Shown here: piece after piece, positions 49,397-58,937 of the stretch
Layout: each line of letters starts with the position of its first letter
Position numbering within the stretch: position 1 is the stretch's first letter
Virus record (IMG/VR): IMGVR_UViG_3300013372_001213
DNA length: 64,000 bases
Source of the DNA: an uncultured virus (IMG/VR IMGVR_UViG_3300013372_001213)
Taxonomy: Duplodnaviria > Heunggongvirae > Uroviricota > Caudoviricetes
Strand: one strand, 5' to 3'
Notes under the pieces: model-generated
What the model was told of the DNA's origin: nothing
Databases searched by the model: none
Seen by the model: the letters and a program-made list of their open reading frames with translations, nothing else
Translations under genes and position numbers: made by a program

Positions 49397-49924
49397 TTAT
49401 TTAATTCTCCAAATTCTAGCACTAAGATAAGTCTTTTTTGCATCACCTGAAAATGTACTCTTAATAGTGTAAACTAATTCAGCTTGATTTGTTTTAGCAA
49501 TATAATTTTTAGCTTGTTGAAAAATATTACCTGCAGATTTCTTAGAGTCAGCTATACTGTTAGGTATATATATTGAGTCAAGCTTGTTAGCATTTATACT
49601 CAACATCTGTTTAGCTAACATTATTACAATCTCTGGTGTAGATCTTGCACCTGTAAAAGGTACTTGTTCAATCACAAAAGGATTAACTCCTGATTCCTCA
49701 CATGCTTCTTTTACTGCATTCTTTACAGGTTTTGCTTGTTTCTCCGGATACATTCTAACTCTATCCAAGAGTGTAGGTTTTCTATTACCAAACTCTCTAC
49801 CATACTTGATTCTTGCTGCATTAGCTGTACATCCTAAAAGTTGAGGAGCATTATTTAATTTATCAGTAAGTCCTAGACTTTTTAATATTGTTAATTGTTG
49901 TTTATTCCATTCTGTTCTTGCCAT
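49397..49924 (-). CDS. Hypothetical protein, possibly with an N-terminal HTH
   Basis: WNKQQLTILK...LLGCTANAARIKY. Confidence 0.55.
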   Translation of the reverse strand: MARTEWNKQQLTILKSLGLTDKLNNAPQLLGCTANAARIKYGREFGNRKPTLLDRVRMYPEKQAKPVKNAVKEACEESGVNPFVIEQVPFTGARSTPEIVIMLAKQMLSINANKLDSIYIPNSIADSKKSAGNIFQQAKNYIAKTNQAELVYTIKSTFSGDAKKTYLSARIWRIK

Positions 49925-49941
49925 TGTCTTTTATTTTAAGT

Positions 49942-51024
49942 TTATAAATAAGTAATTTTTGTTTGATCATAATCTTCTAAGGCTGATTTAACCCATTCTT
50001 CATCTATACAATCTCTATAACATAGTATATGAATTGTAGATTTATCATTAGGGTTTAACCTTAGAAGTCTTCCTATTCTTTGTGAGCTTTTTCTCTCATT
50101 ACCATAAGCATGCATTATTATACCTACTTTAAGGTTTGGTATATTAATACCTTCTGAGAGTTGTAGGACACAACTTAGTTGGTCTATTGTACCATTCTTG
50201 AAATCTTCAAGATTATATTCAGAGCTAGGGTTATTGCTGTGGTAGCTTTCTATACCAAAACTATCTGCTTGTTCTTGAGTATTAGCAAATAATATAGTCT
50301 TATCTCCCATCCTGTTTAGTAGTTCTTTTGCATAAGCTACTTTACTAGGAAAGGCCATTATAGCTTTCATCCTCATGATTCTCATTATCTGAACTTCTTT
50401 ACCTGGTCTTGCTTTAGCACACCTAGTAGTCCAATAAGAATAATTAGCTTTTTCTGATGTGTAGAAAAACTTTGGTTCCTTACCTGCTTTTACATTTTGC
50501 CTTGTATCTAAATCTAACATATGTACCATGATCTCATAGTCATTTAGAATGTTATCTCCTACTGCATCATCAGTTACATATTTGTAGACTACAGGTATAA
50601 ATTTTTTGAACAGCTTTCCCTTTTCTGAATAGTCTATTTTGGGTGGGGTACCTGTTAATCCTATTAGGTAGCCTTGATATGAACTTAGCCACCATGAATG
50701 TGAATTTAACAGTGAATGAGCCTCATCTAAATATACTGCTTCATAATCTAAGTCTTGCTTTGTTAAAGACAAGTATGTGCTAAAAGTGATATGAGGTATT
50801 AAATACTCCATATCAAACTTTTTAGCATCATCTTTCCAAGATTTATATATAGATACTTTAGGAGCTATTACTAAAAAGAAAGCATTGTCATGATATAAAC
50901 TAGCCATGTGTTTTAATCCTATTAGAGTCTTACCTACTCCCACACTTACTGCTACTGTACCTTTCCTTACTTTACTTAATTCCTCAAGAGCCTCCTCTTG
51001 TATTATATTTTTATCTTTTATCAT
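49942..51024 (-). CDS. Superfamily 2 (DEAH) helicase
   Basis: GVGKT, DEAH, GLTGT, EGINIP and QRIGRLLR. Confidence 0.9.
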   Translation of the reverse strand: MIKDKNIIQEEALEELSKVRKGTVAVSVGVGKTLIGLKHMASLYHDNAFFLVIAPKVSIYKSWKDDAKKFDMEYLIPHITFSTYLSLTKQDLDYEAVYLDEAHSLLNSHSWWLSSYQGYLIGLTGTPPKIDYSEKGKLFKKFIPVVYKYVTDDAVGDNILNDYEIMVHMLDLDTRQNVKAGKEPKFFYTSEKANYSYWTTRCAKARPGKEVQIMRIMRMKAIMAFPSKVAYAKELLNRMGDKTILFANTQEQADSFGIESYHSNNPSSEYNLEDFKNGTIDQLSCVLQLSEGINIPNLKVGIIMHAYGNERKSSQRIGRLLRLNPNDKSTIHILCYRDCIDEEWVKSALEDYDQTKITYL

Positions 51025-51569
51025 AGTTCATCAAAATTAGGTGTTATTTCTGTAAAATCCTCTGGGATTTCTTTCATTAAACTAATTCTATCTCTAGCCC
51101 ATGTTCCTACATGATCTATACCTTCTCCATTATAGTCTCCACCACCTCTTCCATTTCCATCTGCTGTTAATAAGGGTAAAGGATGAATCTTTACATCTGT
51201 TGTATTCCAAACTCCATTTACAGGATTACATTTAGTTTTATCTATAAACTGTTTCTTATCCCAATTAACTAAATAATGATAGTTTTCAGGTACAGCTTCT
51301 ATAAGCATTTTAAGTTTATCTTTTTCTTGAACTAAACTATAAAGATTATTACCTTCCATAGGTTCTGAATCAGCATAGTCTCCTGCCCATACTATTCTAT
51401 TACCTGACCATCTACCTTTGTTTCCTTCTCCATCATCTATTAATAGAAACTCTACAGCTTCTACAAATAAATTTCCTATATAGGAATGCTCCATGAGTTT
51501 GGCTCCATTATCTCCTGAATCAACCCATTCTTTATTGCTTGCATTTACTGCTACATAATATTGTCCCAT
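51021..51569 (-). CDS. Conserved hypothetical phage protein (MGQYY...KLMEHSY)
   Basis: ORF with WAGDY, HPLPLLT and GRGGGDY motifs. Confidence 0.7.
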   Translation of the reverse strand: MGQYYVAVNASNKEWVDSGDNGAKLMEHSYIGNLFVEAVEFLLIDDGEGNKGRWSGNRIVWAGDYADSEPMEGNNLYSLVQEKDKLKMLIEAVPENYHYLVNWDKKQFIDKTKCNPVNGVWNTTDVKIHPLPLLTADGNGRGGGDYNGEGIDHVGTWARDRISLMKEIPEDFTEITPNFDEL

Positions 51570-51623
51570 ATTGTTTTAATTTATTCTTTTTATACTAAAT
51601 TTTTTTCCATAGCTTTAGATCTG

Positions 51624-52418
51624 TTATTGGGTTAACTTTCTTGCTGGAGCTGTATATCCTTCTTTCTCAAAAGAATCTATCCATATAAGTTCTTTAGTCC
51701 ATACTCCATCTTTTTTCTTAGGTTGTAATCTAAAATGACCACTTACTAAGAATCCATCTGATTTTACAAGAGTAGTAAACCATTTACTATCTAGATAAGT
51801 TATATTTTTTGAGGTTTCATTAAGATATTTCCCTGTAGAATCTTTGATTTTTATTTTAGGTAGTAACTCTTTAGTTTCTACTTGGGCATAAGTAGCAAAC
51901 ATTGCCACAAATATAACATTTATCACATGTTGCTGAATTAATTTTTGTGCATATTCTGTACTTTTTCCACTAGCATAAGCCTGACTGAGCCATCCTTCTT
52001 GATAAATTTTTTGACTTGCACTATCATGATAATAAAATAAAGGAATACCCTTCTTATCAAATGCAAAAAGACAAAGTTCCATATCTTGAGTTCCTTGTTT
52101 AGTAGTATAAGACATCATATAAACAAACTGATTAATTAAGAAGGTTCCTTTAACCTCAAAGTCAGAGATATCATTGATCATAATATCTTGTAAGATGCCT
52201 AGTAGTTTATCTTGAGCTTTTTCTTTAGCCTCCATAAAGGCTGGACTAACTGCATAAATTTTTACATTGAAATCTTCCCTGTAAGTTTTCCAAGTTTCTA
52301 CAAACTTTTTAGAAGTTTCACCCATAAAAGTCTCATCTTCTTTAAAAATAGGCAATACACCCAAACTCTTTTCCTGAAGTTTTTTCAAGATAGGATAGTT
52401 CTCATAATTTATTCTCAT
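51624..52418 (-). CDS. Hypothetical protein with a C-terminal VSGHFR..WI motif
   Basis: 264-aa ORF. Confidence 0.7.
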   Translation of the reverse strand: MRINYENYPILKKLQEKSLGVLPIFKEDETFMGETSKKFVETWKTYREDFNVKIYAVSPAFMEAKEKAQDKLLGILQDIMINDISDFEVKGTFLINQFVYMMSYTTKQGTQDMELCLFAFDKKGIPLFYYHDSASQKIYQEGWLSQAYASGKSTEYAQKLIQQHVINVIFVAMFATYAQVETKELLPKIKIKDSTGKYLNETSKNITYLDSKWFTTLVKSDGFLVSGHFRLQPKKKDGVWTKELIWIDSFEKEGYTAPARKLTQ

Positions 52419-52437
52419 AATTAATGTTTTTAATTGT

Positions 52438-52851
52438 TTAAGTAATTCTTTTTATACTAAATCCTTTTTCCATTGCAAATTCTCTGTGGTTCTCTACATA
52501 CTCATGGCAACTATGACATAATGCTAACCAGTTAAGTTCATCTAATAGGTCTTTACCTACTCTTCCTTTTTTATGATGACATTCTGTTGCCTGACCTGTG
52601 CATATACCTTGAATATGTGCTTCACACATTGGGTGGTTCTGTAGGAAAACCTTTTTTCTTAAAGAATAGAGGTTTTCTTCCAATGACCTTTTCTGGGACC
52701 GGGGAGCAATAGGCTTCTTTGTTGGCTTATTTTGTTTATTAGTGGCAACTCCAGTAGTTGAACACTTTTTACACAACCTAGTACCACCCCGGCTACTCCA
52801 GATAAAGGCTTCTAACCCACACTTATCACATATCTTTTTTTTCTGTATCAT
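52438..52851 (-). CDS. HNH endonuclease with an N-terminal Zn ribbon (likely start MIQKKK)
   Basis: CDKC...CKKC; CEAH...C...ECHHKKGR...NWLALCHSCH. Confidence 0.8.
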   Translation of the reverse strand: MIQKKKICDKCGLEAFIWSSRGGTRLCKKCSTTGVATNKQNKPTKKPIAPRSQKRSLEENLYSLRKKVFLQNHPMCEAHIQGICTGQATECHHKKGRVGKDLLDELNWLALCHSCHEYVENHREFAMEKGFSIKRIT

Positions 52852-53068
52852 TTTCAGGTTCCTTAATCTCAAGTGTATCTCTTGTTGCAGATTTCTTACA
52901 GATAAGAACACCATGTCTAAAAGTTTTACTGAGTACTGTTACAGCAGATCTAATTTCTGTAAGATCATTATCCTGTTTCATCATCTGTTTAAGCAATGCT
53001 TCTTCAGCTTCATTCTCAGGACTAAAGAGTAATGATACTCCTCCATTTACTATAAATTCTACTTGCAT
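52826..53068 (-). CDS. Hypothetical protein (80 aa)
   Basis: ORF in the operon. Confidence 0.6.
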   Translation of the reverse strand: MQVEFIVNGGVSLLFSPENEAEEALLKQMMKQDNDLTEIRSAVTVLSKTFRHGVLICKKSATRDTLEIKEPENDTEKKDM

Positions 53069-53478
53069 AATTCTGTTGGTATTAATTGGTTAAAATTCTT
53101 AGGTAATAATTTTGTTTCTATTAATCTAGCAATCACTAATGGTTTAGATATCTTTAATAATTTAAAAGACATGTTATTTACATGATCTTCATGACCAGTA
53201 GTACCAAAGTAATTTACTAAACTTTTTGTTATTTCCATCTCAGGAAACCATCTTACAAAAAAGTCATTTGCTAATTGATTAGTTACTTCTTGTTTAAGTA
53301 AATTAATCACATTTTGACATTTCTTGTGAGATTTATTAATTCTTTTTATTTTTTCTATACCCATCTTTGAGATCTCATCCTGTGAATATATACTCAAGCC
53401 ATGTAAAGCTCTATTGTATAAGAAATTCTGATAAGAGTTGTAGGGATCTTTTTCAAATCTACTTGGTTTTGTTTGCAT
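53059..53478 (-). CDS. Hypothetical protein (139 aa)
   Basis: ORF in the operon. Confidence 0.65.
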   Translation of the reverse strand: MQTKPSRFEKDPYNSYQNFLYNRALHGLSIYSQDEISKMGIEKIKRINKSHKKCQNVINLLKQEVTNQLANDFFVRWFPEMEITKSLVNYFGTTGHEDHVNNMSFKLLKISKPLVIARLIETKLLPKNFNQLIPTELCK

Positions 53479-53499
53479 GTTTTCTGTGGATTAAGAATT

Positions 53500-53538
53500 A
53501 AAAAAAAAAGGAGCAGGATTATTACCCCACTCCTTTTT
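53500..53538 (-). terminator. Intrinsic terminator (possibly bidirectional)
   Basis: Minus-strand GGAGUGGG/CCUGCUCC hairpin followed by U10. Confidence 0.75.
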
Positions 53539-53557
53539 ACTATTTATTTATTTACAA

Positions 53558-54019
53558 TTATAGGTCAGTCATATCTGTTTCAACTTCCTCAGCTACTTGA
53601 GCATAAGCTGCTTTGATATCTTCAGTGTTGTTGTGTGCTACTGAAATATCTTCTGTTGAAGAATTCAATGTATAGAAAGTCTTTCTATATACTGGTTGAC
53701 CATCTTGGCAACATACAATACCAGTTTTACCTGCTACTTTATAGTCCTTCTCAGGAGTATTTACATTAAATGGCTCTAAACTTTCTTTGAAGATGATTTT
53801 ACCTGCAATTTCTTGGTTATTTACCCATTTGAAATCTTTTAAATCTTCAACTGTACCATGGATTAAGGCACTAATGTTTCTTTTTCTTACAAATCCATTG
53901 TCATCAAATGATGCTCTTACTTGGGTTACTCTGATGTGTCCCCACTCTGGGTTGTTTTTAGAGATTACTACTACTGCTCCTGTTGATTCATCTGCTGTTA
54001 CTTTTACTTTTGAGTTCAT
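53558..54019 (-). CDS. Hypothetical protein (153 aa, beta-rich with an acidic tail)
   Basis: ORF flanked by terminators. Confidence 0.7.
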   Translation of the reverse strand: MNSKVKVTADESTGAVVVISKNNPEWGHIRVTQVRASFDDNGFVRKRNISALIHGTVEDLKDFKWVNNQEIAGKIIFKESLEPFNVNTPEKDYKVAGKTGIVCCQDGQPVYRKTFYTLNSSTEDISVAHNNTEDIKAAYAQVAEEVETDMTDL

Positions 54020-54082
54020 GATTTTTGTTTTTTAAATTGTTAATTGTTAATTGATTGTTTTGAGTCTTGATTAATTAAATGC

Positions 54083-54109
54083 AAAAAACCAGGAGACTCA
54101 TCCTGGTTT
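54083..54109 (-). terminator. Intrinsic terminator
   Basis: AAACCAGGA/TCCTGGTTT hairpin with a U-tract on the minus strand. Confidence 0.7.
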
Positions 54110-54144
54110 CAACATATAAACATTAGTGTGATCAGTACTTATGT

Positions 54145-54444
54145 TTAATTTTCTTCTGTAGTATCCTCTATATTATTTATAGTCTCTACTTCATCAACTG
54201 TTAGAGTATTTATAGATATTGTGACTGAAGGTGAAACCTCATCACTATCTTTTTCATAATCTAAACTGATTTCTTTTGTTGTTATTGTTTTCTTTTCTTT
54301 TCTAATTGCTGAATCATGCCAATGTGAAGTAGGATAATCACCTATATTCATTCCATTAAGATCTTGTATATCATTATCTGATAAATTTAAGTATTCTTCT
54401 ATTGAAAGGTTGATTACTCTCCCATTAGCAAGCTGATAAAGCAT
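54145..54444 (-). CDS. Hypothetical acidic protein (99 aa)
   Basis: ORF. Confidence 0.6.
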   Translation of the reverse strand: MLYQLANGRVINLSIEEYLNLSDNDIQDLNGMNIGDYPTSHWHDSAIRKEKKTITTKEISLDYEKDSDEVSPSVTISINTLTVDEVETINNIEDTTEEN

Positions 54445-54445
54445 T

Positions 54446-54682
54446 TTAAATCAAATTAAAGATTTTCATAAATAGTATAATTGTTACTACACCTATTCCA
54501 ACCCATAACTTAGTTTGCTTTTGTTTTAAAGATACTATATCTTCTTTTAATTCTCCAACAGTATCTTCATACTTGTCTAGGTATACAAACTTCCTCTTTT
54601 TCTTAAAAGGGATTCTTTCTTCACTTGAGTCTATTGGGTTATCCCAATGTACAGACTGTGCTTTCTCATCTCTTGGTGCCAT
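54446..54682 (-). CDS. Small membrane protein (C-terminal transmembrane helix)
   Basis: LWVGIGVVTIILFM. Confidence 0.6.
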   Translation of the reverse strand: MAPRDEKAQSVHWDNPIDSSEERIPFKKKRKFVYLDKYEDTVGELKEDIVSLKQKQTKLWVGIGVVTIILFMKIFNLI

Positions 54683-54711
54683 TTTAATTCTTTTTTACAA
54701 ATATACAGAAA

Positions 54712-55200
54712 TTAGAATGGAAGTGTATCATCTTTAGTATCAATATTTTCTAAATCATCTAACACCTGTTCTAAATTTTCTACCTTACTATGAATATATG
54801 ATTCTGTTACATAATAATCTTGTTCAGAAGGTTTATTATCTTTTACAGCTTGGTATTTTATTTTATAAGGTACTTCTCCATATGTATCTATCTCATATAT
54901 TTTACAAGGAATAAGTTCATTATTTTTTACACCTGGTAAAGCTATTGTTGGTTCTTTATCTACTCTCCAAGTAGCTAAATTATCATGATTTACATATACC
55001 CATTCTCCTACTTTATACTTGAACTCTGGATATATACCTAACATAGCTTTATAGATTTGTTCCATGCTGGTTTTATCCTTACAGATATGACCAATCAATA
55101 GGTCAATGAACCTACTAGCCTTTGGCATAACAATATTCTTCTTTAACATCTCCTTGATGTCATTATCTGTTATTTCTACATGTATCTTTTTAAGTCCCAT
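54712..55200 (-). CDS. Hypothetical protein (162 aa)
   Basis: ORF ending DDTLPF. Confidence 0.65.
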   Translation of the reverse strand: MGLKKIHVEITDNDIKEMLKKNIVMPKASRFIDLLIGHICKDKTSMEQIYKAMLGIYPEFKYKVGEWVYVNHDNLATWRVDKEPTIALPGVKNNELIPCKIYEIDTYGEVPYKIKYQAVKDNKPSEQDYYVTESYIHSKVENLEQVLDDLENIDTKDDTLPF

Positions 55201-55390
55201 CTTCTTTTGGTTTAGTGATTTCTAATAATTTATTAGTTTCATCTCTTAATTTCATATACTCATAAGTAGAATCTCCTTCAGAATTTGTAGCACCTATTTT
55301 ATTCTTAATCATATCAAGTTCTATATCCTTAATGTTTTGAATTAGTTTCTTTATATAATCTTTCTTACTATAATTTTCTAAATCTATCAT
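55190..55390 (-). CDS. Hypothetical protein (66 aa)
   Basis: Tightly packed ORF. Confidence 0.55.
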   Translation of the reverse strand: MIDLENYSKKDYIKKLIQNIKDIELDMIKNKIGATNSEGDSTYEYMKLRDETNKLLEITKPKEDGT

Positions 55391-55668
55391 GCTAGTTCTT
55401 TTGCTTCAAATTTGTTAATATACTCTTTCATTTCTTCAAGATATTTATAGGTAGAGGAATCCTCAATTTCTCCAGTCAATAATCCTCCTGCTACAAGCTT
55501 CTTGTGTAGTTCTCTATACTGTTTAAATAATAATTTTACAGTAACTAAAGCATTCTTCTTGGCATTGTTCATATCATACTGAGCATAGGTCTTATAGTTC
55601 TCAATATAATGTAATCTCATGATATCATGAGCTTGTTCTGTAGCTGTTAATACTTTGTTAAGTTCCAT
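55387..55668 (-). CDS. Hypothetical protein (93 aa)
   Basis: Tightly packed ORF. Confidence 0.6.
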   Translation of the reverse strand: MELNKVLTATEQAHDIMRLHYIENYKTYAQYDMNNAKKNALVTVKLLFKQYRELHKKLVAGGLLTGEIEDSSTYKYLEEMKEYINKFEAKELA

Positions 55669-55678
55669 AATTTAAGTT

Positions 55679-55933
55679 TTAAATTTCATCATCTGCTTCT
55701 CTAAGCATTCTTAACATCTTATCTCTTTCTTCAATAGACTCTAGTCTACCTTTATTTAATTCAATGATACATTCACCACCAAGTTCTAAATCTAACTCAA
55801 TCTCATCTAATAGTTTGATTATATTGTTTAATTTACTTGCCAATGGCTTTGTACTTGTTTGCTCACTTAATCTTTTGTGAACATACTTTGCAGCTTCTTT
55901 ATCCTGCACTAGTTTTTTTAGATTTACATTCAT
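55679..55933 (-). CDS. Hypothetical protein (84 aa)
   Basis: ORF. Confidence 0.6.
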   Translation of the reverse strand: MNVNLKKLVQDKEAAKYVHKRLSEQTSTKPLASKLNNIIKLLDEIELDLELGGECIIELNKGRLESIEERDKMLRMLREADDEI

Positions 55934-55947
55934 AATTATTAGGTTAG

Positions 55948-56021
55948 TGATTCTGCTTGGAGTCGAACCAAGGGCCTACAGCTTAGAAGGCTGTTGCTCT
56001 ATCCAGCTGAGCTACAGAATC
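55948..56021 (-). tRNA. tRNA-Arg (anticodon UCU), no encoded CCA
   Basis: Acceptor stem GATTCTG/CAGAATC, D arm TAGCTCAGCTGGATAGAGC, anticodon arm ACAGC-CTTCTAA-GCTGT and T arm CTTGG-TTCGACT-CCAAG. Confidence 0.95.
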
Positions 56022-56274
56022 AATGTATTAAGTGAAAAGCCATTACACAAAAAGGTACATGACTACCTACCAAATAATAGCTTAACACTCAATAAGGTCT
56101 GGGTGTGCAAATAGTGAAAACTATCATATAAACTCTACCTGCCTTTTTACACCCAGAATGCTTTTTAATAATCTTTTACCATAATAAGATTTTACAAATA
56201 TATTATATTTTCTCAAATGTTCTAGTTGTACTCTCTTATAATATGGGGTTGCCACAGTGGTTCTCTCTACTGAT

Positions 56275-56652
56275 TTAACCATGATAAAAATGTCTATACA
56301 TAATAACAGCTATTATAGTAAAACCTGTTATTGAATCCATTATAACAATATTAAGAGTTTGTTGAGGAGTAGCATTTTTCTTAAAAATCCATGATAAACA
56401 TGCTACTATAAATAAAAGTATAAATAATATAAATTGACTAGAAGCTATCATACCAATAAATGCCCAAATAGTGTAGAAAAATCCTACTAATATTAAAGGT
56501 TTAAGGGTAATTAAACTTCCATTTTCCATATCACTTCTTTTACAAGCATCTACTAAATCAGCAGGGTTGATAGCTACATAAGCTTCATATACAAGGAATA
56601 CTATTCCTATTAAAAAATATACTGTTACCATTTTCCTGAGTTTGTTATACAA
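56275..56652 (-). CDS. Multi-pass membrane protein
   Basis: Three to four hydrophobic segments. Confidence 0.65.
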   Translation of the reverse strand: MYNKLRKMVTVYFLIGIVFLVYEAYVAINPADLVDACKRSDMENGSLITLKPLILVGFFYTIWAFIGMIASSQFILFILLFIVACLSWIFKKNATPQQTLNIVIMDSITGFTIIAVIMYRHFYHG

Positions 56653-56858
56653 TACTTACTACCTACATGGGCATTCATCCAATCAGCTGAACTAAGAGTA
56701 AAGGTTTTGTTTGCACCACTACACTCATTCTTGATTACTACTGAGTAATCTTGTACATTATCTGATTGTACTATACCACAATTACATGGTCCTTCTTTTT
56801 CTTTCTTGCAGGAGCTAATTAAAGCTACAACTGCTATTGCTAATACTATTTTTTTCAT
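56625..56858 (-). CDS. Small lipoprotein with a Bacteroidota-type signal
   Basis: MKKIVLAIAVVALISS-C-KKE lipobox and four further Cys. Confidence 0.75.
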   Translation of the reverse strand: MKKIVLAIAVVALISSCKKEKEGPCNCGIVQSDNVQDYSVVIKNECSGANKTFTLSSADWMNAHVGSKYCITNSGKW

Positions 56859-56859
56859 C

Positions 56860-57102
56860 TTATTTGTTTTTAAAGTTCATAGGTATACTCCTTAATACTT
56901 GGTCAGGATGGCTCATAGGATAAATCACTTTCATCTTATCAAATATACTAGCTTTTTCTAGCTCATTACCTAAAGTAATACTAGCTTTTATAAGCAACAT
57001 TCTTTCTTGCTTTGCTGCTTGATTTAGTTGATGATACTGACCATGAAACTTGTCTATATCTTCTATGTAATTTCTTACAAAAATCTTTACTTGCTGGGTC
57101 AT
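56860..57102 (-). CDS. Hypothetical protein (80 aa)
   Basis: ORF. Confidence 0.55.
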   Translation of the reverse strand: MTQQVKIFVRNYIEDIDKFHGQYHQLNQAAKQERMLLIKASITLGNELEKASIFDKMKVIYPMSHPDQVLRSIPMNFKNK

Positions 57103-57135
57103 CTTATTTGTTTTTACAGATTTCTATTAGTTTAT

Positions 57136-57780
57136 CTATTCTTTATATTTCCAAATATATCCTCCTGCTGATTTATTTTTACCTAAACAACATTTAGATA
57201 TGGAACCACAATCTATATTGAGTTGTCTTGATGCTTCTCTTGCAGACTCAAACTCTTGTATTAAATTGTTCTCTAAGTCATATTGACCTACTTTTTTTCT
57301 AAGCTTTATAGCACATTTTTTTCTTTCTTCTAAATCTTCATACCTTTTTTTATGACCTTCTGTATTAGTATATTTACCTCTTTTTACACCTGTCATTGCT
57401 TTAGATATTGCTTTTTTTTCTTCATTACTTCTTTTTCTGCCAAGCAAAGCATTTTTTATTTTACTCTTAGTAGAATCATTATGACCAACTCCTTCACCTC
57501 CTTCTGATAAATTACACAAGTTATTATTAGCATAATAAGAAATCCAATATTTTTCTCTTTCTGCCCAATTATCTGTGCATTCTTCTATGATTTCCATTAC
57601 CGGAAGCATGCTATTAGAAATTAGTTTAAGTATCCAAGAAGCTAGTTTTTTGCTACCTGTTTTTTCTAAACACTTTTTACTTTTATGTTGAGCAAATCTT
57701 CTTTTTATATTATTAGTCTTGCCAACATATTTTATTTTAAAAGTTTCAGGATGTCTAAGTATGTATATGTATGTTTTCAT
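57136..57780 (-). mobile_element. Free-standing GIY-YIG homing endonuclease with NUMOD3-like and NUMOD1/IENR1-like DNA-binding modules
   Basis: YIYIL...YVGKT...RRFAQH...EREKYWI...NLSEGGEG; repeats of KSKIKNALLG/KKAISKAMTG; VGQYDL...FESAREA...ISKCC.GK.KSAGGYIWKY. Confidence 0.85.
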
Positions 57781-57799
57781 ACTATATACACTACAAAAA

Positions 57800-58159
57800 C
57801 TATACCAACAAGTGTTTAGATGACACTTTGTATATCAACTCTTTTAATAAACTATCTTGAGTTTCTTTATCTAAAGGCATTATACCATCTTTGATATCAA
57901 GTTTATAATATAACCATCTAAATGCTTGTTGATAAAGTGGTATAGCAGCATTATAAGGTATAGGATCATCTCCATTTTCAGCAGCATCTTCATTACATTC
58001 ATCAGTAAGTTTATCTAATTCTGTATTTGTTATACCATCATCAGCATATTCAATTAAAATTTTACCATCTGCATAATAGTCTGAAGCCATGCAAGGTTCA
58101 TTAAACCCTAACTCTTTAAGAGCTACTGCTTGGGTATAGTTAATAAACTCATTTTCCAT
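57800..58159 (-). CDS. Hypothetical phage protein (ALKELGFNEPC...PLYQQAFRW family)
   Basis: ORF. Confidence 0.65.
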   Translation of the reverse strand: MENEFINYTQAVALKELGFNEPCMASDYYADGKILIEYADDGITNTELDKLTDECNEDAAENGDDPIPYNAAIPLYQQAFRWLYYKLDIKDGIMPLDKETQDSLLKELIYKVSSKHLLV

Positions 58160-58274
58160 TGTCTATAGGTTTAGGTGTACATACATGACCATCACTCCAC
58201 TTGATTCCTGGAGGAGGTGTTAATTCTGGTGAGCTGTACTTGGTACCACACTCACTACATATAAATTTATTCAT
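58149..58274 (-). CDS. Small Zn-finger-like protein (41 aa; not in the track)
   Basis: MNKFICSECGTKY...GHVC. Confidence 0.55.
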   Translation of the reverse strand: MNKFICSECGTKYSSPELTPPPGIKWSDGHVCTPKPIDNGK

Positions 58275-58395
58275 CTTTTTTATTTTTCTTTTTAGTACCG
58301 CCATCTGTAAGCATGCCCCAAACTATCACTACAAATAATGATATAAATATTATAGGCATTATTACATAGACTCCTATTGCTCCCATTGTATGCAT
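58267..58395 (-). CDS. Small membrane protein (42 aa; not in the track)
   Basis: Hydrophobic helix followed by a basic tail; overlaps the next ATG. Confidence 0.5.
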   Translation of the reverse strand: MHTMGAIGVYVIMPIIFISLFVVIVWGMLTDGGTKKKNKKDE

Positions 58396-58396
58396 A

Positions 58397-58672
58397 TTAG
58401 TCTTGTTTGTTTGATTTAATAAATACTTTTAATGTTTTTCCATCATCTTGGTAAGATAATTCTAAATGACAATTATATAAAGAGTTTTTAACATATACTC
58501 TGCCATTTTCATCAATAACTTCAAACCTTGTTACTTTTGAAATATCAGCCATATCTTCTTGGCATTGTAAATAGCCTTTGGTAAAACCACAATATTCACT
58601 GGCAATTTCTTTAGAGCCAGAATCTTTACAAACTTCTAAATAAATTTTATCTATTTCTTCTTTAGTTTTCAT
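58397..58672 (-). CDS. Small hypothetical protein, MKTKEEI paralog A
   Basis: Shares its start, a QCQE motif and the NKQD end with 59787..60023. Confidence 0.65.
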   Translation of the reverse strand: MKTKEEIDKIYLEVCKDSGSKEIASEYCGFTKGYLQCQEDMADISKVTRFEVIDENGRVYVKNSLYNCHLELSYQDDGKTLKVFIKSNKQD

Positions 58673-58678
58673 GTTATT
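58650..58678. repeat. 29-nt exact direct repeat (second copy at 60001-60029)
   Basis: TCTATTTCTTCTTTAGTTTTCATGTTATT at both positions. Confidence 0.9.
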
Positions 58679-58691
58679 CTTGTTTGTTTAG

Positions 58692-58916
58692 TTAAACTTT
58701 TTCCACATCTTTGCTAATTAATTGGTCAAGAAAATTAGCAGCAGCTTTATTAGCAACTTCATGCACAATTTCATTGTCATGCTTATGACCTGAAAAATAA
58801 AACGCATCTTTAAAAGCCATAGCAATATTAGCTTCCCAACCAATTCTGTAACTTTTGTCATTTATAATTTCTACACAAACTCTATTGATTGCATCATTTA
58901 AATTTACTTTTTCCAT
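58692..58916 (-). CDS. Hypothetical protein (74 aa)
   Basis: ORF. Confidence 0.6.
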   Translation of the reverse strand: MEKVNLNDAINRVCVEIINDKSYRIGWEANIAMAFKDAFYFSGHKHDNEIVHEVANKAAANFLDQLISKDVEKV

Positions 58917-58937
58917 TTTTTTATTTGTTTTTAGTTG

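Noticed and set aside
55925..55947. HDV-like (theta) ribozyme downstream of the tRNA
   Set aside because: Only about 14 nt separate the tRNA from the next ATG, leaving no room for one.
30846..57197. + strand ORFs within the minus-strand arm (e.g. 33068..33367, 43599..44009, 52742..53032), other than 47086..47406
   Set aside because: They lie antisense to well-supported genes and show no recognisable motifs.
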